Source of the DNA: Chiloscyllium plagiosum
Taxonomy: Eukaryota
Length of the DNA: 64,000 nt
Reading direction: 5' to 3'
NCBI RefSeq assembly: GCF_004010195.1
Contig: NC_057718.1
Coordinates: forward strand, 27,261,477 to 27,325,476
The notes below the pieces were generated by a model, which saw only the letters and a list, made by a program, of their open reading frames with translations, did not search any database and was not told the DNA's origin. The position numbers and the translations under genes are program-made. Shown one piece after another: positions 51,700 to 63,094 of the stretch (position 1 is the first letter of the stretch; each line of letters begins with the position of its first letter).

Positions 51700-52085
51700 T
51701 ATAGACTCATAGAGTTATCCAGAACAAAAACAGACCCTGTGGTTCAACTTATCTGCACTGACCAAGTATCCCAATCTGACCTTGTGTCATTTGCCAGCAC
51801 TTGGCCCATATTCCTCTAAACACTTCCTTTTCATATACCCATCCAGATGCCTTTTAAATGTTGTAATTGTACCCACCTACGTTACTTTCTCTGGCAGCTC
51901 CATACACACACCACCCTCTGCATGAAAATGTTACCCCTCAGGACCTTATTAAATCTTTCTCCTCTTACCTTAAACCTATGCCCTCTCGTTTCACATTCCC
52001 CCACCTCAGGAAAAATATTTTGGCTATTCATCCTATCTGTGCCCCTCATGATTTTAAAAACCTCTATAAGTTCATCCCTTAGCCT
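51700..52085 (-). mobile_element. CR1 3' fragment
   Basis: atagactcatagag tail; similar to 13625-14020. Confidence 0.88.
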
Positions 52086-52209
52086 GTCTTCCCAAAAATG
52101 TATTACATTGCATCTTGGTGCACTAAATTTTATTCAATATCCATATGCCTGATTTATTAATCCTGTTCTTCTTAAATAGGTTACAATCATATATTGGGGT
52201 AAAAATTAG

Positions 52210-52290
52210 TAACAAAAACAACATGTTTGGCAGCATCTGTAAAGAGAAATCAGAATTAATGTTTCAGGGCTGGTGACCCTTCCTCAGAAA
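52210..52290 (-). mobile_element. Older Penelope-type end fragment with a variant hammerhead motif
   Basis: The minus strand reads CTGAGGA-AGGG-tcaccag-CCCT-GAAAC-att followed by ...cagatgctgcc. Confidence 0.6.
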
Positions 52291-53303
52291 TTTGTAATAA
52301 TAACTATAATCCAGATGTAAAGGAGTGAAATGAATAGTGAATCTCCTGTGGTTTTGTGTTTGATTGATTGTTTTGGGTAACAAGAATTGTTGATGCAGAA
52401 CTTTTCTTCTGTAGATTAAAATGTGTGGAGGTGTGAATAATTGGTTAGAATTGTGAATTGTTTGTATAAGCAGTAGATATCATGAGACAATTGCCTTTTA
52501 GTTCCAAGCTTTTATATGCTATAGTTGGAATACATAATTTAGTAACTAGTTAAATGCTAGCGAAATTAAATAGCTCCTGCTAAAATTTGGAGGTTTATTG
52601 GGACTTCAGATTTCATTTGATCTTGATAGACCAGATCTTATAAGAGGTGCCATTTCTTCTTCCTTTATTTATTTTATAGAATAGGAAAACCACCAAATCA
52701 AGAAGGTAGACCAAAGTAACCTCTTAATATGCTACAAATTAGCATCTAATATGAATACAGAGGAACAATAGTTATGTTACTGGATTAGTAATTCAGATGC
52801 ATGGACAAATGATCTGAAGACGAATTAAAATCTGATCAGTGGCTTGGGAATTCAAATGCAGTTAATAAAATGAACCTGGAATTTAAGAAAATATAGTAAT
52901 GATTAATGTAAATATGAAATTATCAGATTGACCACATTCTTTAATGCCCTTTAAGGGAAGGAATTTTCCTACCCTTTCCTATATCTGAGTTCACACCCAC
53001 AGCAATGTGGTTGACTCTTGTGTCATGGCCTAATAAGCAACCATGAACCTCTTAAAAGAAAACCTAGCATTGACCAGGTACTGATTTGAAAAGGATAAAA
53101 GCTTATGCTGCCCCAGTCATGCTTATAAAGTCCTTGTGACTGGCAGAGATGTACTTATGCCAAAATTAGGAGAACTGATCAGTCTATCAACAGCCTTACT
53201 GAATCATATCTTCTAACCAACATCCATGTCTACTGCATCTATGGATATGTAGAGTGCCACCAGCAGGACAGAGCCACTAGAGGTGGTGACACCATGGTGT
53301 AGA

Positions 53304-53949
53304 TTCTGGATCAGTGGTGCTGGAAGAGCACAGCAATTCAGGCAGCAACCAACGAGCAGCGAAATCGACGTTTCGGGCAAAAGCCCTTCATCAGGAATAA
53401 AGGCAGAGAACCTGAAGCATGGAGAGATATGCTGTGCCCACAACTCCTGCCTCACCTCTATCCAAGGCCCTAAAGGAGCCTTCCACATCTATCAAAGTTT
53501 TACCTGCACATCCACCAATATCATTTATTGTATCCGTTGCTCCCAATGCGGTCTCCTCTACATTGGGGAGACTGGACGCCTCCTAGCAGAGCGTTTTAGG
53601 GAACATCTCTGGGATACCCGCACCAATCAACCACACCGCCCTGTGGCCCAACATTTCAACTCCCCCTCCCACTCCTCCTTTTCCACCTATCCACTCCACC
53701 CTCTCCTCCCTGACCTATCACCTTCATCTCCTCCCCCACTCACCCATTGTACTCTATGCTACTCTCTCCCCACCCCCACCCTCCCCTAGCTTATCTCTCC
53801 ACGCTTCAGGCTCTCTGCCTTTATTCCTGATGAAGGGCTTTTGCCTGAAACGTCGATTTCGCTGCTCCTTGGATGCTGCCTGAACTGCTGTGCTCTTCCA
53901 GCACCACTGATCCAGAATCTGGTTTCCAGCATCTGCAGTCATTGTTTTT
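53304..53949. mobile_element. Fold-back Penelope derivative retaining the GIY-YIG coding segment and two hammerhead motifs
   Basis: ORF 53283-53789 contains CTSTNIIYCIRCSQCGLLYIGETGRLLAERFREHL. Hammerhead motifs at 53367-53394 (minus, intact core) and 53827-53854 (plus). Exact 15-bp TSD acaccatggtgtaga. Confidence 0.94.
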
Positions 53950-54671
53950 ACACCATGGTGTAGAGCTGAGTGATAGTGGTCCAGAACATTCTCAATATTG
54001 ACTCCATATTTCTTGAATATCATATTAGGTCAAACATGAAAAAGGAAACTGATTGCTAATTATCAGCAATCTCCTTGCCTCAGCTGATGAATCAGTGCTC
54101 CTCCATGTCAAACGCCATTTGGAAGATGCAGTGAAGATAGCAAGGGCACAGGGTGAAGGACCTCAACATCCATTAACAAGAGTAACTCAGTAGCTGCACT
54201 ACTGAACAAGATAGATAAGTCCTCTAGGACAAACTGTTGAGCTGGGCTTGTGGCAAAGAGTGAGAAAATCAGTAATACTTTAAAACCTACATGGCTTTGA
54301 CCTTACCAATCTGCCTCTTACAAATTCACAAGGTGCTAGGCCCCATTAGTGACAGCACTGTTGCGTTTCAGCACATTATCAAAACTCATTATCTAGAATA
54401 TTCTTCAATCTACCACTACCTCCAAGTCAGATAAGCATAGAAGAGCCCAGGAGCAGCACCGAGCATCCTAAAAAATGTGGTGTCAACCTGGTATAGACAT
54501 TTGTTTGCTAAGGAGAGAAAGCAGGATGTCAAAGCTCAGAAATCACACATTCAATGGATCAAACCAAAATTTTGCCAAATCCAGTTGAAGATGATGTTGG
54601 ACAATTAAATAATGAATGGATGAAGTAGGGTCTGCAAGCATCTCTATCCTGCATGATGTAGAGCCCAGCAT

Positions 54672-54870
54672 GTATATGGTAGGTTCTTTACTCAGAGAGT
54701 GGTGGGGACATGGAATGCGCTGCCTGTGGGAGTGGCAGAGTCAGAATCATTGGTGACCTTTAAGCAGCAATTGGATAGGTAATGGATAGGTGCTTAAGCT
54801 AGGACAAATGTTCGGCACAACATTGTGGGCCGAAGGACTTGTTCTGTGCTGTATTGTTCTATGTTCTATG
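54672..54870 (+). mobile_element. CR1 3'-end fragment
   Basis: GRFFTQRVVGTWNALP and the tail ttctatgttctatg. Confidence 0.88.
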
Positions 54871-54994
54871 AAAGGATAATGCTGAAGTATTTGTGACCAT
54901 CTTCAAAATATCATGTTGATCTATTTCATCCTCATGTTCAAATCGCCAGCACAATAGAATCACTCTTCAGCCAATTTGATTCACTACGTACAAT

Positions 54995-55290
54995 GCTGAA
55001 AATGTTTTGCTGGAAAAGCACAGCAGGTCAGACAGCATCCAAGGAGCAGGAGAATCAACATTTCGGGCATGAGCCCTTCTTCAGGAATCTGTAGAGGGAG
55101 GAAGAGAGCTTCTTCAAGGAAGGCATCCTTGTAAGAGGATTCGCAGTAGGTTAAAATCTTCTAGGAGAAAGTGAGGACTGCAGATGCTGGAGATCAGAGC
55201 TGAAAATGTGTTGCTGGAAAAGCGCAGCAGGTCAGGCAGCATCCAAGGAGCAGGAGAATCAACGTTTTGGGCATGAGCCCTTCTTCAGGC
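54995..55290 (-). mobile_element. Penelope pseudo-LTR-like partial tandem with two hammerhead motifs 204 nt apart
   Basis: gctgaaaatgt.ttgctggaaaagc...gcccttcttcagg is repeated. 14-bp TSD tcactac(g/a)tacaat at 54981 and 55291. Confidence 0.9.
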
Positions 55291-58200
55291 TCACTACATA
55301 CAATACCAAGAAATGACCAGATGTAGCAAAGACAATGGACCCCAAATAACAGCACTAAAGATTTGTGCACCAGAACACCAGATTTGTGCACCTCAAGCTC
55401 AAGCTGTTCCAGTACATCTACAGCATAGCATCTACTCAAGAGGTGGAATACTGTCCTGCTATGCCCTGTCCACAAATTGCCATACAATGCAATCCATGAA
55501 CCTACCCTAGATTATCAGCAAAATGATTGAAAATCTATTGACAGTCCAATTAAATAACAAATAATCACCTACAACTTGCTTACTGATGCTGAGTTTGGGT
55601 GCTGCCAAAACCACTCACTTTCTGACATCATTGTAATTTTGGTCCAAAATTTGGAAAAAAAGTTGAACTTCAGAGGGGAGATGAGATGAGAGTCACTGTT
55701 CTTGACATCAAGGACATATTTGATTGAGTTTGGTATGAAGGACCTGTGTAAAATTGAAGTCATTGAATAGGTGAGGGAAGCACCACTGATTGGAATTATT
55801 TCTGACACAAAGAAATATGGTTGAGCTTATTGAAGTCCAATCATTGTTGCCCAGTATATTATGCAAGAATCCCTTGGAGTAGTGTCCTATGCTTAATAAT
55901 TTTCAATCACTGACCAAGATCAGAGGTAGGTAGGGATGTTTGCTGATGGTTGCATAATATTCAGCAATGTTCAGAAAGCTATCAAGTATATAGGAACAAC
56001 AACACCATTAAGTTTCCCTTCCATCTGGACAAAATTCTTGCATACCAATATAGTACCATTTCTTCTTTGTGGTTGAGTCGAAATCCTTGAACTCCTTATC
56101 TAGCAGCATTGTGGGAGGAACTTGACCACAGGACTTGCAGCAGTTCAAGAAGGTCACTTGTAACTGCCTTCCAGCTTTGTCCTGGTTATATAAAGCTTCT
56201 TGACAGATATTGGTGTTGCTCACTACTATGGTCACAGGCATATGATGTGACTCTGAGAATTCTTCCAGGCAAGTGGAGCACATTCTATCACATTGCTGAC
56301 TTGTTCCAGAAGGTGACTCCTCATCATCCTCTCAAGACATTAGTGATTGGCAATAATTATAGATATTTAGACCTGTTGGCAAACAAAAATTATACCAACA
56401 TATTAAGCATAGCAGATACTCAAATTCTCATTCTGCTTGCTAATGGATCAGACATTGCACGGGGAATATGATTATCAAAAATGATTTCAGGAAGAACTGT
56501 TTCGGAACATTCACTGACATGTCGTTCACAGTACACAACATTTTAGAAAGGAACATTTATCGTGTCTTTCATTTTAATGTCATGTTTTTACCTGTCAAAA
56601 GCTTTTCCATTAAGAGATCTACATGTTTTCATCAGCAGGAAAACTTATTAGTTAATTCAGAGCTGATCATCACTGTTGTAGCAACTAGTTGAGCCTAACA
56701 AAATTTCAGTATCCCTTAAATTCCTCTTGTAGATTCAGTCACAATAGCATTCATTTTGGCGTGCCGTGAGTTTTTCTGGGTTGATATTTATGATTGCTAT
56801 ATGCTGGCCCTATTTGTAATTACATGTACTTCCATTCCTTTTAAAATGACAAACTTTAAAGAGACACCAGGAAGATTCTGTTACCTAAAGTAAAAGCCTG
56901 TCCGGAGAGCAGAGGTGATCAACATGGATCTGAGCATGATTTCAAGAAAAGAAACTTGGGTACAATATATTTATGAGTGATATTTATGATGTGTAATTTA
57001 TTGTTTCCAATTTGCTCACTCCCATATTAGGTTTAACATGATTGAGGACTTGCAATTTTTGAAGAGATTTGAATTTTCTTTTTTCCAGATTTCCCTGACT
57101 CTTCCACCGATGTCATAGCAATAAGTGAGAGAACATCTGAAAATTTAATGCTGTTTAAGCCTAATGTTCCTGTTATAATATCTGTGCACATACAAGTCTT
57201 TTAAAGGAACATATTACTAAAATACAATTAAGCTGAAAGTTGTGATGATTGGATTGTAAATCTGCTTTGTTTTTCATTCACTGCAGTTTTATTTTGAAGC
57301 TGTAGCACCAATGTGTATAATGTACATATAATTAACATATTATTTTTCTGATGTCACCAACTTCTTGGTCCCCAACCACCTGCATGATGTGAGATTCTCT
57401 CTCTGACACAGTCATTGATGAATTTCAATTTCCTTCACGGCAAGTTCACTCATGGCCACTAATTTCAACTCCCAGGTTGATCATGTATTCAGGCTGAACC
57501 TGTACAAACAGGTACTGATGTCAATTTCAGGTTCCATGTTCTATGTACTATCCGCATCAAGTGTTCCCACTTCACTAATATTACCCCCTTCTCTCCTTAT
57601 CTGAGTCCCTAGGTTGCTGAAATCATAGCCAGGCTTTTGTAATGTGCCTTTCACTGTGTTCTTTTTTGATCCTTAATTCTCCCCACAAAACTTTACATGT
57701 CAATAATGCCAGCTGGCTTTACCCTGACCTGGACTAAGTTATATGTGCCTTTAGTGATCTACACTTGCAATCAGAACACCTCAACCTAAAATCCCTCCAA
57801 GAATGTACCTCACCCTATCTTTAAGTCTTTATTTTATAACCTTGCATAAACTTTGATCTTGCAAAGCATCTGCATCTGATCCCTTCTAGTGCATTTGTTT
57901 TCCTTCATGTCATTCTCTAGAACTTCCTCTCTTTACATTCTCCTAAGCCCCTTTTACATTCCATACTCACCTTCTCAAAGCTCACCCTTGTAATCAGTCT
58001 TTTGATCTCCTGATTTCTCTGTCATTCATTGACCAATTTCCCTCATTGATGTGTCTTACAATGAACTTTATACTAAAAGAACCTTTGAAATAGTACATGT
58101 TAATCACCTACACATGGACACACATGAATGCGATGACTTACTAAGACATCATTTGCTGCATTTTGGACCATGCATTATCCCCACCAAACATTTGCTCCAC

Positions 58201-58526
58201 TATTCTTGGTTGTGAAGGCTTAATTTTGTGCCCTACAAAGGAGAAGACATTTTGAATATAGTTTATAATTGGTACAAGGAAGAAGAGTTTCGGGGAAAAC
58301 CAATAAATGCAGGCACAGTGACATCAGCTCCGAATTCAATTCATAAAATACTTTTCCTAATTTCCGGGTAGATATCAGTAATTCATTTGGCAACAGCACT
58401 GTGTAGAACTTGGCATTGGTAGTAGTTTGGGGGGTAGTTAGGGTGATTTCCAAGTAATTTGAACAGCTGTTCCATTTTCTGTCACAATTGCAGTTTTCCA
58501 GTTTTTCAGCAAATTACAATCTTTTA

Positions 58527-58823
58527 AGATTAGATTAGATTACTTACCGTATTGTTGAAGAGAAGAGTGTGAAACGGACTGATTAGATTAGATTAGATTA
58601 CTTACAGTGTGGAAACAGGCCCTTCGGCCCAACAAGTCCNNNNNNNNNNNNNNNNNNNCACATCTTTGGACTGTGGGAGGAAACCGGAGCACCCGGAGGA
58701 AACCCACGCAGACACGGGGAGAACGTGCAAACTCCACACAGTCAGTCGCCTGAGTCGGGAATTGAACCCGGGTCTCTGGCGCTGCGAGGCAGCAGTGCTA
58801 ACCACTGTGCCACCGTGCCGCCC
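58527..58823 (-). mobile_element. HE1 SINE (58581-58823, small gap inside) with an extra tail copy beyond a 33-nt spacer
   Basis: gattagattagattacttac occurs at 58528 and again at about 58586. Confidence 0.93.
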
Positions 58824-59834
58824 ACAAAGATCTGCTACTTGCTGAAAATTGCGGCCCAGTCCAAGTATGTTTTAGACCCAGCTCTCCTCCGTGTCAATAA
58901 CCTGTTCAGATTAATACGAGGAACCTTCATCACAAAATCTGTGTTGCCTGGTTTGGACCAAAACATCTTCAGTCAATTTTTAAAATTACTTTGCTGACTG
59001 GGGATGTTTTTGGAAAAGTTGGCAGTTGTTCTTAAGTAGGTGGCAGTAGGGTGGTTGCAATGTTTTGTTATAACTAGTTGAGTTGCTAGGCCATTCGAAG
59101 GGAAGTAATATGTCAACCATGTTAGTGTCTTACTGAAGCCAGCTAGGTTGGTGCAGCAGATTTCCTTCCCGAACAGTGAATGGGTTTGTTTGATAATTTG
59201 ACAGCTTCATCAGTTAAATCAAATGTCCCACATCCCTCAGTTGAGTTCAGAGATGGTAGTTGGTGGGGAGGGCATGGACATGAAGGGGGGTTGCCAAGTG
59301 ATTTGGTAGAAGGTTGAGGGACAGAGATCACATTGCATTCTCACCTCCCTCTGATTAAGTCTATGTGGGAAGGCTTGCAGTTGCCAATGGATGCCCTTAA
59401 TTTGACTCTAGGAACATTATCTGGCAATCCAATCTGGCTATTGGGTTTGTCCATGGCCTTCTGGAGAATGGGGCATCCCTTATTCTTAGGCAGTCTCTGT
59501 CGGATCAAAGAGCACAGCATTGGGAAGGGAAGACTGTGGAAGCCCACAGGGATGCATGCATTTGCTTGTGACCTACTCTCTGTGACCTCTGTCTTGTCTC
59601 CCTTATCCCACTCTAAAAGATTCATTGTCAATTGTCTACGGAGAGTTGATTGCAAGCCCTGATTCCTAGCAACACTGCCAGTGCTAGAGCACGACAGCAA
59701 TTAAGTGACCAGGAATGCTGGGATATCCAGTGGCAAGAGGTCATCATAGATCAGAGATTGGGTCAGTGAGGAAGTGCCATCAGACTTTAGAGTGGACGTC
59801 AGATCTCTCCACCCCAATAACTCACATTAAGTTT

Positions 59835-61050
59835 TTATAATTTATTTGTTCATGCTTTGGATGTGGGTGGGGTGTTGCTGGCTACAGCTGCACTTATTGT
59901 TTCCCCTAAGTGCCTTGGAAAGGGGCTAGTGAGCTGCCTCCTTAACCTGCTATGGTCCATGTTGTATACACAGTATTGGTAGGTAGAGATATCCAGAATC
60001 ATAAAACCATAGCAAAATTACAGCACAGAAAGAGGGCATTCAATCCATTGTGCCTGTGCCACCTGAATAAACTAGCCATCCATTCTAAACCCACTTTCTA
60101 GCAGCTCTGTAGCCTTGTAGGTCACAGAACCTCAGGTGCACATCCAGGTTTATTTTAAATGGTTTGAAGGCTTTTGCCTCATCCTTAAAAGTGGACAGTG
60201 AATTCCAGACATTTATCAGCATCTGAGTGAAACAGTTTTCCTCATGTCTCCTCTAGTCCATCTACCAGTCACCTTAAATCTCTGCCATGTGGTAATTAAT
60301 CTCTCTGCCAGGGGAAGCAGGTCCTACCTGTCCACTTTATCTCTTAATAAATCAATCTTCAGACTCTTCTTTTCTAAGGAAAGCAATCCTAGTCTATCCA
60401 TTTTTTTCTGATAGCTGCAATATTTAAGCTTTGGCAACATTTTTGTAACTTGTAAATTTATCTGCTTTCGATCCTGCAACAGTGAATGAACAGCAATATA
60501 ATTCCAAGTTGGGATTGCATGGGGCATGGATTGGAACATGCAGGTGATGCTGTTCCCATGCATCTGCTAGCCTCCCCTTTCTAGTTGGTAGATGTCTTGG
60601 GTTTGGAAGGTACTGTCCATGGAACCTTGTTGAGTCACTATACTGCATCTTTTTAAAAAGATATTCATGTGACATAGGCATGGCTAACTGGGCCAGCATT
60701 TATTGCCCACCTCTTGAGAAGGTGGTGGTGAGTTGCCTTCATGTACCATTCTAATCCATGTGCTATCGGTAGACCCACACTGCCTTTAGGGAGTAATTTC
60801 CAGGATTTTGACCCGTATCACTGAAGTAATGACTATATATGTCCAGCCCAGATGGTGAGTGGCTCAGAGAGGAATGTGCAGGTGGTGGTATTCCCATATA
60901 TCTGCTGCACTTTTGCTTTGAGGTGGTGGTGGTTATGGGTTTAGAGATTGCTGCCTAAAGAGCCTTAGTGAATGGTAAAGCCACTGTACATCCATGGTAC
61001 AGGAATGAATGGCTAAGTTGGTAGCTAGAGGGCTAATCAAGCATCCTGTT
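59835..61050 (-). mobile_element. Cluster of old LINE 3' fragments: CR1 at 59997-60450 and CR1/L2-group ends at about 59835-59995 and 60450-61050
   Basis: VTKMLPKLKYCSYQKKMDRLGLLSLEK, and ggccagcatttattgccc..cttgagaaggtggtggtgag tail motifs. Confidence 0.7.
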
Positions 61051-61740
61051 TTACCTAATACAATTAGGTCATGGAAATAAAGGATAACTCTGGAACCTAT
61101 AGACTTTGATCTCCCAGTTGCATGTGGCCTAATGTCATTAAGACTTACCTCATTGCACAGTAGCTTTTCTTAAATGTAATCCTTTGCTATACATCTTCAC
61201 CTACATTTTTTCACTGTATCCCTTTGAACTATTAACATTTAACTCTTGAGTCTCACCTCCCCTCCTCAAGGTCCTTTCACCTGACGCATTAATCTCACTG
61301 TCCTTTGCATTGGATAAATGGCACATATGTGTTCCCTTATGATTATCGTGGAAGATGATACCATTCGTAACATCACAAAACAGCTGGTTCCAGGGGGCTG
61401 TGACAATTGCGCTGACCTGAAGATAACATTCAAATTAGGACCAGAAGTAAGCCACTCAGCTCCTCAAGCCTGCTCTTCTATTGAATAAAAGCATGGCTGA
61501 TCTGATCGTAACCTCAACTCCAGATTTCTATTGTTGCTTATTGCTTTAGTTAAGCAGGAAAGAGGAAGCAGGAATCAATCTATCTTCATTTTATAGTTCA
61601 ATACAAACCCCAGTCTGCTTCTTAACCAACTCCCCTCACTTGGAAAAGACTTTTTTTTAATATTTGGAAGTGCTCTTAGACAAACAAATAATTTTTCCCA
61701 CCACCAAATAAACTCTGCCTATTTTCACCTATCAGCCACC

Positions 61741-62068
61741 GTCATTAAATCATGCAAAGCTAGTTAAAGGCAGTGCAGACCATTAAAGCTGAGGGAGAGG
61801 GAGGGAGAGAGGGGGGTACTAAATCAAAATGGAAAAATAATCCCTTTTTAAAATCTAATTTCAGAAATGATCTTACACACAGCTGAACTTTTTATTTCTA
61901 TCACCAAATCTCCTGTGTTTTTATTCATCTAATTAACTACTACCAATTTATATATATGTGTGTGTGTGTGTCAATAAATCATATTTATATGCAACGCTCA
62001 TTAAGAGCAAAGCAGACCATCAAAGATGAGGAAGAGAGGAAAGGCTAAATCAAGATGGAAAAATTATA
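61741..62068. repeat. Diverged direct repeat of about 100 bp (61741-61841 and 61970-62068) separated by a spacer ending in (TA)(TG)n
   Basis: gtca.taaatcat...gcagaccat.aaag.tgagg.agag...ctaaatcaa.atggaaaaat is present in both copies. Confidence 0.75.
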
Positions 62069-62156
62069 TTGTTTAATAAGCATCAACAGCTTTTTTTGTG
62101 TGTCTCTAAGAGCATATTCTGGTTCATTGTAAAAAGAACCATAATTTACAACTCAT

Positions 62157-63085
62157 TTCCCTTTTTTTCAAAATAGCAAACAAAAATTAATAAACACATA
62201 TTTGCAGACAAAAGTGTACTTCAAACATATATTTCACATTTCCAAGGTTTATGTCATGAGGCATCCTTCTTTGAGGGCTCCCTTTCTTTAGATCCTTTTG
62301 ATAAAACAGTCCAAAAATTGATGACTTTATCCACCCTTCTCAGTTTCAATAGTTCTTTCCTATTTGACATTTGCTTTAGACTTGCTATATCTATGACTTT
62401 TCTCATTTGCACTCTTTGTAGAAGGGATTAATGATCTATTATATCATTCTATATCTGTGATCCCTTCATATAACATTTTTTCCAAGATTTTGGATAAATA
62501 GAAAGCCATGTCCGCTGCATCAACAAATAGAGGGGTTTTAGTATGTTCTTCACTACCTCATGTTCTTCTGGTTTCCTAGGCAGAAGGGTAACTTTTCTCA
62601 TTATCTCCCATGAAGGATATTATGAACTGCACTGAAAAATACATCACCAAGATTGGCATGCAGGGCACTATTAAGATGGTTATTTTCATATTTTTGTAAT
62701 CACCCAAAATTAGGAATTTCAGTGTACAATTTCCTATTTTTAATTTTTTAAAATGTTTTGTTTGCCCTTAAGATAAGTTCTATCATATCAAAGCTTGTTT
62801 CAAGTCTCATATACATGCCTGACCAATCGACAAGGCCTTGCAACTGGCCTTTTTTAAATCTTTGAAGATCAGTTGTATCTTTATGTTCAGGCGTGGCATG
62901 ATCAATCATGATGGGATTGGCACTTTCCAAATAAAATTGTTAATGTAAAGTCACATCTGACTCATCATGATTTATCTCCATACTAATGTATTTAACAGTA
63001 CCAAAGGCTGATTATCAATTTTAAATTCCTACCTGATTTGATTAATAACATTCTTTTCAAATTCATTCGTGCTATTTCCGCTCTT
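62157..63085 (-). mobile_element. Decayed Ty1/Copia pol fragment (RT C-terminal half plus RNase H) with a probable polypurine tract
   Basis: The minus strand across frames gives NEFEKNVINQIR*EFKI...VKYISMEI...LH*QFYLESANPI...QLQGLVDWSGMYMRLETSFDMIEL (cf. TRPDxSF), NSALHANLGD (cf. SDASHANL), LFVDAADMAFYLSKIL, YNRSL..STKSANEK..IDIASLKQM and SHQFLDCFIKR (cf. QLADCLTK). A purine run gaaaaaaagggaa lies at 62157-62169. Confidence 0.8.
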
Positions 63086-63094
63086 GAATTCAGC

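Larger units (their letters stand above)
52765..56390 (+). mobile_element. Very old CR1/L2-group LINE (tRNA-like head, decayed ORF2, 3' end) with Penelope and CR1 insertions
   Basis: Head similar to the SINE at 37478. Remnants include QQDRATRGGDT, a QFGF-like gagtttgggtgc, LDIKDIFD and a FADD-like atgtttgctgatggt. The 3' end reads aggtgactcctcatcatcctctcaag...ggcaataa. Confidence 0.65.

Noticed and set aside
59230..59830. 119-aa and 109-aa overlapping ORFs, and a similar GC-moderate patch at 47690-47930
   Set aside because: No recognisable domain; these are probably decayed non-autonomous DNA-transposon sequence, but I cannot support a specific call.
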